DNA of 64,000 bases, taken from contig CM120640.1 in assembly GCA_051362555.1 (NCBI GenBank), forward strand, positions 58,382,788-58,446,787, written 5' to 3'. Under the pieces are notes generated by a model that was not told the origin of the DNA, did no database searches, and saw only the letters and a program-made list of their open reading frames with translations. The DNA is from Lingula anatina (taxonomy: Eukaryota > Animalia > Brachiopoda). Within the stretch, counting starts at the first letter, position 1. Every line of letters begins with the position of its first letter. The position numbers and the translations under genes are program-made. Shown here piece after piece: positions 1 through 12,096 of this stretch.

Positions 1-359
1 TACATGTACAACTTACTACTGAATGATGATTATACCTGATATTGTTTGGTACATTTATGGTTTTTGTTTTTTTGAAAGCCAAACATTGACAATAGTGATT
101 AAAGACAAGTTGGTTCTGTTGTTAAGGAACCATAATTGCCAAGTTACCTACTTTTAAAGCAATTTATAACTTAATGTAGAATCAGGAGTAGCAAATTTAC
201 ATTTAACTTTGTGAATAAGAGCATTAATAGTGCAATCGTGACAGCTTAATTTACTACCACTCATATCATGCTTTCTCATATGATAAAGTCAAGCAAGATT
301 TGGAGGAGAGTTATTTCAGATATAATGTGGTGTTGCATTGAATAAAAGCTGACAATATA

Positions 360-571
360 TGGTCAAAACTTGAAAAATTCATCACTTAAAAATTAATTAG
401 TATCTTCAAATGCCTGAATCTGACTTGTCCATATTAGGTGACAAACTTTCCAAATTATTGAGAGCCCCATTTTCAAAATTGGTGAAATTTTCTAAGTGTA
501 AAAATTTCGCTGGTGGAGAATTGTCTACTGACAAAAATCTCAAGACTGACTAAATTTTCAAGTTTTTACCG
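360..571. mobile_element. Old TA-flanked MITE (Tc1/mariner-type)
   Basis: Imperfect TIRs: left TGGTCAAAACTTGAAAAATT, right reverse complement CGGTAAAAACTTGAAAATTT. TA on both sides (358-359, 572-573). Superfamily inferred from the TA TSD only. Confidence 0.55.
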
Positions 572-1755
572 TATCCCCAGCTATTTTATTACAGCCTATT
601 GCACAGCATCATGACTTCCTTATATTTTGTGTGCCACTTTGGTTTCCCTTGAGATGACATTCCCTGTGCATAGATTATCACATTTATCACTGAAAAGTTA
701 ATCATACCTCACGTTAAAAAAAAAAATATTTTATGTCGTGAAGTGCCAACAGTCTCCTTTGAGGCAATCTGACATGATTTTAGTTGTCTCCTGTGGAAAG
801 CATGTGAACTGGTGTGTCAGATTGCTTGTTGCTATTGTCAAAGTTACCAACTGTCCTGCTCCTGAAACTTTATTATCAACATCAAAACTGAAACTGATAA
901 GCTTTTAGCTTTGGCATGCTTGTGCTCTGTTGGTAATGCAATTTACCTGCATGAGGATATATATTTGCTAACTGCCGTAACAAACAGTGGACCGCTTCTG
1001 GATCGAACTAAGGTCCCACCTCTAAGCTTGTGTAAACATTCCTCCTGTGGCTTGCAAGTTGAATCAATCATGTGTATCATTTCCCCAAGCAGTACCTAAC
1101 ACAGCAAGGCCTGGATGCTGGTACTTTAGTGGCAAAAAAAGGTAGTCCTTACTCAAGGAGTGCACAGTACCACATTAATTATCTGTAGTAAAAACAATCT
1201 GTCATCAAGAGCTCCAATAGGCATTATTAACCCAGGTCTCTCTGAGTGCATTTACATTTATATGTATTGGAATAACTGAAAGATTACAAAATATCTTGGT
1301 AAATCTGAAGCTATCTTAATTAATATAGATCAATGTGAATGTGAAGTGATAAGTAAAATGTGAATCAGCTCTCCAAGGTTAATATTAGCTTAGTCTCTAA
1401 AACCACTAATATGACCATTTTGACTTAAAAATATAACTTGTTAAGTTCAGTTGTATGCAAGATGCTTATTTTATAAACTGATATGTCTCTTCAGCAGAAT
1501 TAAGCTCAATGAATTAATGAATATATGCTTGAAAGCATAGTAGCATTTCAAGATTTTTTGTCATATGTAAGCTTCTAATTTCCTGGAAGATTAATTATCT
1601 GCTTAATTTAATATTTATTAAGTTCCATTGTTAAGTTGTTGAAGGGGAACAAAGCATGTTCACATGACATGTTAAAAGATAAATTGTATCTTTTACCCAA
1701 AGTTGTTTATACCCAATTCAACAAATATTGTGACTTTATCCTTGTTTCTTCTTTA

Positions 1756-2266
1756 AGGGGCCCGCACACGGTGAGCATTTGGCGCGCGCCACTTGCACTG
1801 CGCCAAATGCTCGCGCTCCTCAGCTCCCCTCAAACGATGCGCTCTTTGCTCAGCAGAGGTGCCTCCCGGCCTGCCCCTAGCGGACGCACTGTGAACTGTG
1901 GGATCATGTGTTTAAGGAAACATTACATATTGTTGTTTTTTCTGATAGTAATGGATAATGATGACCACGTTAATCAATCAGACTAACTATAACTGTGTAC
2001 ATTTTTGTTGACTTCGCTGGGGACTGCCATTTTTGTTTGTTTCCGGCTACTGGCACATGCGCATTGTTAGCATGGCGTGAGCAATCTGCGCTTGCACCCC
2101 GCACACGCTGAGACATTTGCCTCAAGAGACCAAAAAAATCAAACACATGAGAAATTTTGCTCAGCCGCGCGTGAGGCAAAAATCTCACCAAAATACCCCC
2201 GCACATGATGAGAAAACGGCGCAGCGCAAGTGGCGCGCGCCAAATGCTCACCGTGTGCGGGCCCCT
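1756..2266. mobile_element. PIF/Harbinger-type MITE, 511 bp, young
   Basis: 49-bp TIRs AGGGGCCCGCACACGGTGAGCATTTGGCGCGCGCC... (1756-1804 vs 2218-2266, one mismatch). TTA direct repeat at 1753-1755 and 2267-2269. CpG-rich relative to the flanks. Confidence 0.9.
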
Positions 2267-3265
2267 TTACCTCTCATGTATTGTTACATTGTAATATGTG
2301 TCTTTTTACATGTGACAGATGTGTTTTTCATTCAAATGTCAATAGTCTACATGGTGAAATAAAAAAAATGTCATTATCACCATAGTGGTTTTATATTTGT
2401 TCTGTGGTTTAATCTGAAATTTTCAGGGAATGTTCTTCTTATTCCATTATTGACATTTTATTATTGGCAAAATTGCTGGATTGGAAAAGACAATACGTAC
2501 ATTTTCCTAAATAGGAATTCCTCTAATTTCATAAAAATGTACCGGCAGTAGGTTTTTAAGGGGTGGGAGTTGGTTAGAGGGTCTTGTGTTACCACTGAAA
2601 GCCTGGTTAATATCATGGATCCTGTTGTTATGCATGGTGATCAGTGGTCTCTTCTCTCTTTGTGCATGATAAGAAGTTCATTTAGGAATACTGAGGTTGT
2701 ATACGAACACTGTTTTGAAAAAAGGGTTGTGCTTATCATTACACAAAAAGTTTGTATCTTTTTGTTAGAACATTTTCAAATGGCCATGAGTAAAACAATA
2801 GAACTGTACTTGGTCATATCACTAGGTAGACGTATAATTAGCTTTACCTGCTTGAGTGTTCAAATATGCATTTCTGCCCATTAACTCCTGTACCCAGATG
2901 AGGGCTCAATTTTTTTTCCAATTAATGCATGTCATTGGAAACAGAAGGTCAGTGCACTCACCTTTGTGCACTGTCCACACACATCTGTCCCTGGTCACAG
3001 AATGGCATGGCATGTATGTATGTTTGGCAGTAACAATTAAACTACACTTTATGAGGCATTGAAATGCACTCCAGAAAAAGATCCACACACTCATTTGTGA
3101 AATTGTATAATTTATAATTGTTAACAGATGTAAGATTTCAGTACATTAAAAGTAATTAATGGTATGTTACGTAGACCAACAATCTAACATGTACTGTACT
3201 GTACATGTGCTTATTTTACCCTCTACCAGGGTGACTGATAGATTTTTTGACAGATATTCACAGAT

Positions 3266-3673
3266 CATCATCATCATCATCATTTAGAGCCTATAGTGTT
3301 CCACTGTTTGACAAAGGCCTCAGCATGCTTTTTCCATTGTTTCCTATCCTGAGCCTCAGATTTCCAGTTTGGCCAAGGTTTCTTCTTCCAAGACTTCCAG
3401 TAGTCATCTAATTCATCCCTCCATCGTTTGACCGGCCTTCCTCTTTTTCTTTGTCCATACCTTGGGGTCCATTCTGTAAGCCTGATTGTCCACCTATTGT
3501 CCTTCATTCTTTTGACATGTCCTGCCCACCTCCATTTCATTTCTTTAACTGTGAGCAGTACGTCCTTAACTTTGGTCTGTTCACGTAACCATACATTCGT
3601 TTTCCGCTCTCTTGGATTGATGTTCAACATAATTCTTTCCATCTTTCTCTGAGCTACTTGAAGCTTGTGTTCC
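3266..3673 (-). mobile_element. 5'-truncated RTE-clade LINE (C-terminus of the ORF plus (ATG)n tail)
   Basis: ORF 3280-3675 reads KLQVAQRKMERIML...KWRWAGHVKRMKDNRWT..EWTPRYGQRKRGRPVKRWRD, the typical RTE post-RT region. A short (CAT)n tail starts at 3266 on +. 10-bp TSD ATTCACAGAT at 3256-3265 and 3674-3683. The listed start ATG is created by the junction with the TSD. Confidence 0.92.
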
Positions 3674-4953
3674 ATTCACAGATATGTCTCTAGATAGATA
3701 GATGGTCATTTTGGTCTGAAGTCACCCTGGTAGAGGGTATGCTTAATTGTTGGTCTGCATTATGCAACATTAACTTCTTTTTATCATACAAAAATACATA
3801 ATACCTTAAGGTCTGGAGGTCCTTATTTTTATATAGAGAAGAGTCCTCATATATTTTGATCACTGTGTCTGTCCGTGTTGCTATTGACGATATCCAACAC
3901 ATCTGTTGTTCACCTTATAACTGTCAAACCATTTTTTGTTTAGTGGCCTGCATCTATATTCCAAAAAGGCATGCTCCCTTTAAAAATTGACATAATGATC
4001 AGATTATTTTTAACAAAAGTTATATTTTGGAGTTATATTAAGGAATGACCCTTTTCAGTTATGTGTCTGTATATTTGCAAGCTTTGCTGTTCAGTTACCT
4101 ATTTACAGTTAGAAAGTTTTTTAAAGCATTGGCAATGACATGATTGATAGTGTTCAAGCTGGGATTTTGTCTATGTTGATTCAGTGATTTGAATCCTGTA
4201 ATTCTATAATGTCAATTTGCCTCTATGTCTACAAAGGTGTTTGTTCAACAGAATAGCCCTTGCAAACAGACTGAACTCTTATTAGTGGCCCGCATCTTTA
4301 TTCCAGTGGTTCAGTACACGAGTTAGCTGTATCCTCACAGATGAAATCGTGCTTTGCTGTGATCTAGACTGCATTGTAATTGTTCTGGTGTAGAACCCTT
4401 ATTTTTCTGTATTCTTTTTCAAAAGCAATTTCCTTAATTTGCCGTTTGACCCAGTTTGATTCCAGTTAACATGGCCAAGTTTACGTGTGTAAATGGGTCA
4501 TGAGATATACCAACAATGATTACATGCTGTAGATATTGAGCAGATTAAACAGAAAATTTTAAAATTTAAATCCGTGCAGATGTTGAAACTGCATTGTTTT
4601 TTAAAACACAATTGTCTAGTAAATTTTTGAAAACAACTACAAAATTTAGAGTCAAGTTCTGTTGTAAAGAACAATTTGTTGAATAAATAATTTTTATCTC
4701 AATAGGAAGTGCAGTGTGCTGTCTCAACACACTAGAGCTGCTGCTCCAACTTTGGTCAGTCATCTGAATAAGTCTCGAATAAGGTCTTACAATAGGATTT
4801 CTAAGAGTGCATTCCCAGAGATTTAGATCGATCCATCTGGATCGACCTAACTCCCTGGGGATTCACGCTAAATTGCTATCAGCCGAGCGCGCACGACAGT
4901 TTATTACCCCCTGACAGCTTTTAGTAGACGGGACAGACATTTAAGCTGGTTAA

Positions 4954-7134
4954 GGTGGGTAATAGGGTTAACTACGCTTAAAATCATGTTTTTGAGTTTT
5001 TTGTGTGTTTCTTTTAATCAGAAAGTATCTAACGTTGGATGTAATAATTTTTTTGAATTTGCACCGCAAAATGTGTCTTTTGATGAGTTTTTCAACCGGC
5101 ACGCCCCCCAGTCAGGCTGACAACTCTGTTGCTAAGGGCCGTTGCCATGAGGGGGGCGGAGCATAGTTAATGAGTTATAAGCCGATTACGTGTGCGGTGA
5201 TAGGTCATAAGTCTTACATTAGCTAAGCAGTGAAGAAGTCGAGTACGCTATGGGGAAGAGAAAAGTTCATGTTAAAAGTCCATTTCCAGAGGAAAGAAAG
5301 AAAATTTTTAGAGTAGAAAATTGGAGAGGAAAATTGGTATTTGTTCAGTAGGATGACGAGGGAGAGAATCTAGGAGTGAGTGCTCGTAAGATTTTGAAAG
5401 ACTTTGAACAGCTCTCGAAGTCTTCTGACAGTGATCCTGAGGAAGAAACAGTAGCTACTGGGTACAGGCTTTGGCACAGTGGACAGTTGTTAGAAAGTGC
5501 CTACAAGTCGTGTGTTTGTCGTGTGTGTGGCGGCGACGTTGTGTTGGTCGAAAGACAGTTACAGCCATTGGCGCATGTACAGCTCAGATAAAAGCATCAT
5601 GAAATTTTTTATATTATTCGTCTTTTTTTTTTCTTTAGGTATACCTAATAAATGGGTGAAAGAGTAAATCGAATCGTCTAAATTAATTGAGAAAAGTATT
5701 TGTTCAAAAAATTTATTACTAAAAGAAAAAAAAGCTAGAAACGATAGTTTTAGCCTAGCTCTTAATTTTGGCAATATATATCGGGGAGCGTATCTGCGAC
5801 ACGTTACGAAACTGGAAATGATTGTTGGACGCCGTTTGTAGAAGGTAAAAACTAATGTTGACAAAATATAATTTTATTCTCCAATAAATGAAATCAAGGA
5901 GCTTTAGAGACACGCAAAAAATGTGAATGTGAATGGCCAAACGAGAGAAATCCAAGCAAGGGTTGACAGCATGATTAAAAAAAATAACAATGAAAATAAA
6001 AACGCATGTTAACTTGCATTTTGCGATGTTTGGAGAAAAACTATGTCAAAATCACAGATCAAGTGGGAAGAAAGAGTTCAAAATGTACCCAAAATAAAAA
6101 TCACAAAAAGGCTTCTTGAAAAAATTAATACCCCCCCCCACCCACCCCCGAGTTCACAGTTACCAGGATAATCAGTTAAGAACTACTACCGTCCCCAGTT
6201 TTATCTGATCACTTTGCCGATAAAAGAAAAGGAATCTCTCAGGTAAAATTACTCTACTGCCGAGGGAGACCCATTGAAACGTTCAAATGCAACTTCACAC
6301 TTCTTAATTGCGGTTAAACGTAATCGCCTTTGTTAGCGCTTCCTTCTACATATCCTTGACACCCTACTGGACATCACTAGGCTAGGGCCCACTCCAGAGC
6401 TGTCAATCAAAATGGCGGCACGCTTACAAGCCTAACGAGTGGTTGGAAAATGTAACAAAAGCACGATTTTCTGCCCTTTCAAAGCACCCAAACAAAATAT
6501 TTTTAGATGACAATGAGCAATGGTTCCATCTGATCGTATAACCGATAACAGGTAAATTTGCCAGCTAAGCATTTGACTAATAAGCTCTGTTAACCAACCT
6601 GTGAACGTTTTTGGCTGTTTTAACAGCTTTCTATATTGACGAGATAAGTGAATCGCTGCCAAGTATATCTCACTATCTGAGCAACTGATCATTACAAAAG
6701 TTGCACCTATTGTTGTTGGGAATGTGGACTGGACTACAGCATGATGTCAGGGGTTTAAGAGGAAATTGTTTGTTTGAAAGTTATTGTCTTTTGAAGTGAA
6801 TAACCCATTGAAATATGGGGTAATTTAACGTAAAAGATGATATAATCAAAAGTAAATAGTTTAAGACAATTCCCTGGCACCGCGCTGAAGTGCTTTCACC
6901 CAGCTTTATGAGGCCTTTTGAATCACTTGAATAGCTGTCTTGGTTATAGAGAAAATCCCAATTCCGAAAACGGCATTTTTCCCCTAAAATTGGCGCTATA
7001 GCGTCATCCGTTGGACACTGTACTTAATCTCCGTCTTTAATTGGCCTTTTGGGAAGTTTGTTTTAATTTTTTATAAAAACTTATAAGCCCAGGGCTTTGT
7101 TTCTATGCTTTTGGTCCTTTTACTATTAGCCACC
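4954..7134 (+). mobile_element. Non-autonomous Kolobok-type DNA transposon, 2.18 kb
   Basis: TIR GGTGGGTAATAG / CTATTAGCCACC (one mismatch). Flanked by TTAA (4950-4953) and TAAA (7135-7138). RR..YY termini. CpG-rich interior with a transposase 5' remnant. Confidence 0.8.
5250..5591 (+). pseudogene. Truncated N-terminus of a Kolobok-type transposase
   Basis: ATG at 5250 is in frame with ORF 5376-5591, with one in-frame TAG at 5349-5351. The motif SARKI...GYRLW...LLE....CVCRVCGGDVVLVE resembles the N-terminal CxxC region of Kolobok transposases (recalled, not searched). It lies ~300 bp inside the left TIR, after a GC box. Confidence 0.65.
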
Positions 7135-7334
7135 TAAAGCTGACACCAATCTAGTGAGACTCCCCAGGGGGATAGAGATCTAAATAACTATGGAAATGGG
7201 GTCTATGAGAGAGTGAATGCAGGGGCATTTTATGAAATTAAATGCTTATCACAAGCCAATGATTTTCTAGCTGTTTCTATCCAGTTAATTTGAAATCTCA
7301 CCAATCCTTAAGGACTAATAATACTTGGGACCAA

Positions 7335-7576
7335 GGCCCCATTCAGAACAGATGATCCGAGTACTAACTGATCCGCCGACTAAATATGGCCGACCACACT
7401 TCAAAAGAGAGAGCACTGATTTCAGATGTTCTCCCTGCCTTCACACACGCCATTAAACGGATATAATCTCGGCTCCGTGGTTTAATTGCTAGGCCTCTGC
7501 TGTGGCGGCACATGTGGTTGGCCATATTTAGCCGGCGGATTAGTTAGTACTCGGATCATCTATTTTGAATGGGGCC
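7335..7576. mobile_element. PIF/Harbinger-type MITE, 242 bp
   Basis: ~60-bp imperfect TIRs GGCCCCATTCAGAACAGATGATCCGAGTACTAACT / AGTTAGTACTCGGATCATCTATTTTGAATGGGGCC. CAA direct repeat at 7332-7334 and 7577-7579. Confidence 0.88.
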
Positions 7577-7653
7577 CAAGTTTATTTAAGCTTTTTAGTA
7601 GCCCTTGCAGCAAATTTACCTGATTTCCTGACTGAGATGGTCATTGAAGTTAA

Positions 7654-7961
7654 AGGGATAATAACTCTTCATTTGAGATCTACATTTCACAATGAAAACA
7701 TCGTGAACAACTCATAGAAATATAATATATTCGGTTTTACCACAAAAACGGCAGTTAGAGCTATTATTCTGATATCTGAGCTTGTCTTTAGACCACGTGA
7801 CCTCCATTGATGGCTATACTCTATTAAAATCTCTTAAAAGATTATAACAAACTTTTTACCAGGGACTAACTTTGAATGTAAAAATGGATTAAATAATGGA
7901 AAAATTGTTGTTTACTCCAGGAAAATTCATTTTTTGGCCAAAATGAAGAGTTATTATCCCT
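7654..7961 (+). mobile_element. TTAA-targeted MITE (Kolobok-type), copy 1
   Basis: Perfect 21-bp TIR AGGGATAATAACTCTTCATTT. Flanks TTAA and TTTA. A second copy lies at 43279-43658. Confidence 0.88.
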
Positions 7962-8116
7962 TTTAGTATTTTAGTGAGGATTTTCAAAATGGTTATAATA
8001 ATAATTATTATTATTATAATAAACTTTATTAGTTCAAGTCCATTTTTACAGAGGCTATGACCAACCAAACAGTTAGTAGAATAATGACATGTTAATTTTA
8101 ATTGCATATATACTTT

Positions 8117-8140
8117 TGTGTGTGTGTGTGTGTGTGTGTG
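8117..8140. repeat. (TG)12 microsatellite
   Basis: Read directly. Confidence 0.95.
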
Positions 8141-9464
8141 TTCAGGACTGATAATGTCACCCTGTGTCTTATTTGTTTATCCTTATATTAATGTTTGATA
8201 TGACCTTTGGCATTTTAATCTTTTGTGCCAAGTAGTTGAACACTTAATACGATAACTAATAAATTTAAATTTAAATAATGAATTAGCTCACATTAGGCTC
8301 AAACCCATTCTGGTGCCAAAGCACATGATGTTGTGTCATGAATAGAGCTAAAGTTGGATAAAACAGTGAGCGTATGCTATGCAATTTTTAAAAAATATCT
8401 TAGTATTTGTGTAGTTGCTCAGTCTTTATGGTCTTGAAAGAGTCTGTAACCTTATGCTCAGTAATAGAATAGACACCCTTTGGTCTTAAAATTTTGATGG
8501 ACTCTAGATTATTTGTATCTTAAATTGAAAACCTTTGATATAATTGGCTTGTAATTTAGTGGGCTATTAACCTCATGCTAAACCCAGTTGGATTTAGTCA
8601 GACATGTAATTACCATTTAAACACAAGTGTACACTTGCTTCTTAAATATATTTATTAGTTTTGAAAGGAGATAACTACTCTAAATAAGCAATTGTGGCTG
8701 TGCCAATCAAAAAACTATTGGCATATCACATATATAACACAAATCTGAAAAAAAAAACTCTGAACATTTGATCTACTTTAAAAGATCTCTCATATTGCAC
8801 TCGTAGCCAAAAGCAAATGTCAGAATTTTACGTAGTATTGTAAAACAAGAGGAATTGCTATAGAAAAATAAGATATTAGAATGATTACATTATAGAATTT
8901 CACAGCTTAAACCAAAAGATAACCTACATTACACTATTCATGTTTGTCCACAAAGGCTTTGGTATTGGTTAATTTCTGTAAGTGCTAGGCTAGTCTGGCC
9001 ACCTGTTTCTGGGTCAAGAGGTTATCAAGGTGGGAAGTGGGAATCATGACAGCACTAAGAGGACTGTTGTCACAGGTGAAAACACCTGGATTGATTAATA
9101 AGTGAGTGGTTATATGAAATCAAATAGTTGGATTGTACTACAAGAACTGCATTTTGATGTTGGTGGATTTCAGTGCATTTTTGAATCTCTAGAAGGGTGT
9201 AGAGTAAGTGGGTCTTGGGGTTGATGAAGAGCATAAGAGGTTTACTTAGTATGAGTGTCATGCTAATGTGTTCAAGCTGTGAAATCAGTGCTGAGTCTTT
9301 CTAGTGTTATTTTCAATATATGTTCCATTGCTTAATACCTTATGATCGCCTTTTCTAAGAAAAGTCAAACCATGTTAATCACGATGATATAAATTATATA
9401 ATATATGGTGCTATTTTAGACAGTAATCTTTAGCCATAAACATTCTGAGGTTCCTCAGTAATAA

Positions 9465-9679
9465 GACCCCATTTCCAGAGATTAGATCGATCTACTTTAG
9501 ATCGACCTAACTCCCTGGGGGTTCACGCTAAATAGCTGTCAGCCGAGCGGACACCAAAGTTAATTACCCCCTTACAGCTTGTAGTAGGCAGGACGGACAT
9601 TTAAGCCGGATTATCTGACAGTAATCTAGTGAGACTCCCCGCGTGGATAGATCGATCTAAAAGCTCTGGGAATACAGCC
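9465..9679 (+). mobile_element. Harbinger-type MITE, ~220-bp family
   Basis: Ends GACCCCATTTCCAGAG and CTCTGGGAATACAGCC. TAA on both sides (9462-9464, 9680-9682). Nearly the reverse complement of 13147-13361. Confidence 0.9.
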
Positions 9680-9682
9680 TAA

Positions 9683-9722
9683 GGCTCTATTCCCATAGAA
9701 TCTAATCTATGGAAATGGGGTG
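9683..9722 (-). mobile_element. 40-bp ends-only derivative of the ~220-bp MITE family
   Basis: GGCTCTATTCCCATAGA joined to ATCTAATCTATGGAAATGGGGTG, i.e. the two termini of the copy at 13147-13361 with the interior missing. Confidence 0.8.
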
Positions 9723-12096
9723 TTAGTGTCAGTAATAAATACTGGGTGATCTTTGGAAGGCAAATTTATATATATAATATTTACAACAATAAAGATGTAG
9801 CATGACCAAATTTACAAGTTATTATTTGTGTGCCATCTTCACTGACTGCAATGTGCATGTTTTGTAAATAAATATGTTTATAATGAAAGTGGGTGTTTTT
9901 GTTACAAGTCACCATAAAGTGGTATGACAATAAGTTGAATTGATTGATACTTAATGGTTCACGAATTTCATTGGTGATAAGTGGAAAAATGAACTTGTTT
10001 GCTTGTGCAAGGCAGACATCTTCTTAAAGAAGTTATCTTTCATATCTGTCTAAACATGTAATTGAATGCCTGTGTTTCCAGTGAGTGCAGAAATGACATC
10101 TCTCCCATGGAGCTCATTATACAGACATCTACTGACTGAACCTGACACTCATGCACCCTTTGGCAAGGCTCCAACACCAAATGTTAATGAATTAGATAAT
10201 TGCAATGATTAATGGTTTTAAATGGTGATGAATTTAAGCTTTTAATTTAACTACCTACTTCTTACTGAGCAACAGAACTAATTTACAGTAAGTCACCTCT
10301 TCTTTGTATTTAATATTTATGAAGAAAAAAGAAAGAAAAAACATAGGCAATGAAATAATGATGAAGACTGGTATGTGCTCACAACTAAATACAAACCAGC
10401 ATTACAAATAATAGTGTGCAATGGATCATAATGGCGTGATTTGTTGATAAAATGCTGTAATTCTGGAATTTAGGCAGACAGATGGGAGGATTTAATGACA
10501 CATTTTCCCAGATGAGGTCATGCTTCAAGTCGCCAACACAGAGTTAACATTGAAATAAGGGGTACATGTACATTGGTTTTGTTAAATAATTGTGATTGTG
10601 TTTTACTTGCACTTTGTGGTAAGCGATTTATCATACATATAAGTATATCGAGTCTTTCATTCTTTCTCCTTGAATTTTTTTTTTTTCAAATAAATGAATC
10701 AATTATCTTTTCCCAGTGTGCCAGAAATGGTAGCCTGCTAAGAATCAGAGTCCATTTTCCATTACTATGCACAGGTGACATTTACCCCATATATTGACTC
10801 CCAATACAAACAGCTATACCTAACCTGTACTAATCATATGGGACCCTGGACCTTTTTTCTTATGACTACCACTCCTGTCACACTGGTGTTACTACAATCC
10901 GATTATTTTATGACAGTCTGAGCATGGTATTGAGACTGTGATTCGGCTGTTAAAATATTTACAGGAAAACTTAAATTCTTGGATATTATTGAATTGAAAA
11001 TATCCTTTTAAAAATTCTTTGATCCAGAGAGAATTACCTTTCATTGTAATTATGAGGTAAAGCATATATTTCACTTTCAATATTCCATGGAACATGAGCT
11101 TTAAGTGGAATATGCTTTGTCAATGCAATTTGATGTAGAATGTTTGTATTTTTCCTAGTCAAACCATATAAAAATTTAACCTTGAAGGGTGGATAATAAA
11201 AAAAAAAGATAACAGAAAATGAACTTCATTATGTTGTATGTTATATGCAGTCTAGTTGGTTAGAGCCCCCTTGTTTCAAAGCTGATTTCATAAAATACTT
11301 TGACGATTAAGAATATATTTTAAATTGCAATACGTTCTATGCTTAATGTTTGCAAATTTGGCAATTAAAACAATCATGCAGTAAAATAATTTTTTGACAT
11401 TAACACTTATGAAGCTTTTTATACTGCTGTTATTTTATTTACACAATCTTCATAAATGTCTGATGGTTACCACTCTGTGGCCCCAGTATAACAAAATGAG
11501 TAACCATCTACAACGCCATCTGTTGTCCTAAAAGTGCATATTGCTACACTCGATGGCCTTTCAATTTGACTGTTTTACTTGTCTGGACTGTGTAAATGAA
11601 GCACACCTTGTCATATTGAAAGTAAGGTCCCAAGGCTTGAATACTTCAAAGTGTGTCATGCTTATATTGCCTTTCATTCTAAACACTATCAAATGGGAGT
11701 ATTATAAATATTGTGTCTCAAAGGGTTTAAGTACACTGTGTTTTTGATGCAAGTCTTAAATATTAATTTTCATAGAAAGGATATGACAGAAGGTAGTGTT
11801 TCACCTTTGGTCTAATGACAGTTTGCATGTTTCTTTCTTTTTTTCTTCTTCTTCTTGAACTTTAGGTTATTTCAGACATAAGTGTATTGCTCAAACTCTA
11901 TCTCACCTGCTCAGGATTGTCTTAATTGAATAACTAAAACAGCTCAGTTGCATATGTGAACTTTCAATTGTATGGTCCCTTAAAGGAAGGGAAATCGGAA
12001 CAAATTAGATTTTTGGAAATCTCAGAAGATTGATAGTATATATCCTGATGGTGTGCCAAAATTCTGGTTCTCTAAATGAATGAATTCATCATCTAT

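Larger units (their letters stand above)
4805..7203 (+). mobile_element. Harbinger-type MITE of the ~220-bp family, split by a Kolobok insertion (halves 4805-4953 and 7135-7203)
   Basis: The halves rejoin to a sequence collinear with the intact copy at 12920-13143. Ends are GAGTGCATTCCCAGAG and CTATGGAAATGGGGTC. Flanks are TAA and TAT. Confidence 0.85.

Noticed and set aside
1636-2362. Overlapping ORFs sharing SIWRAPLALR
   Set aside because: Produced by the GC-rich inverted repeats of the MITE at 1756-2266.
7993-8020. AT-only palindrome of (ATA)n(TTA)n
   Set aside because: Low-complexity simple repeat, expected in AT-rich DNA.
11980-12093. TTAA-AGG start resembling a Kolobok-type left end
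   Set aside because: No matching right TIR found; cannot be delimited.
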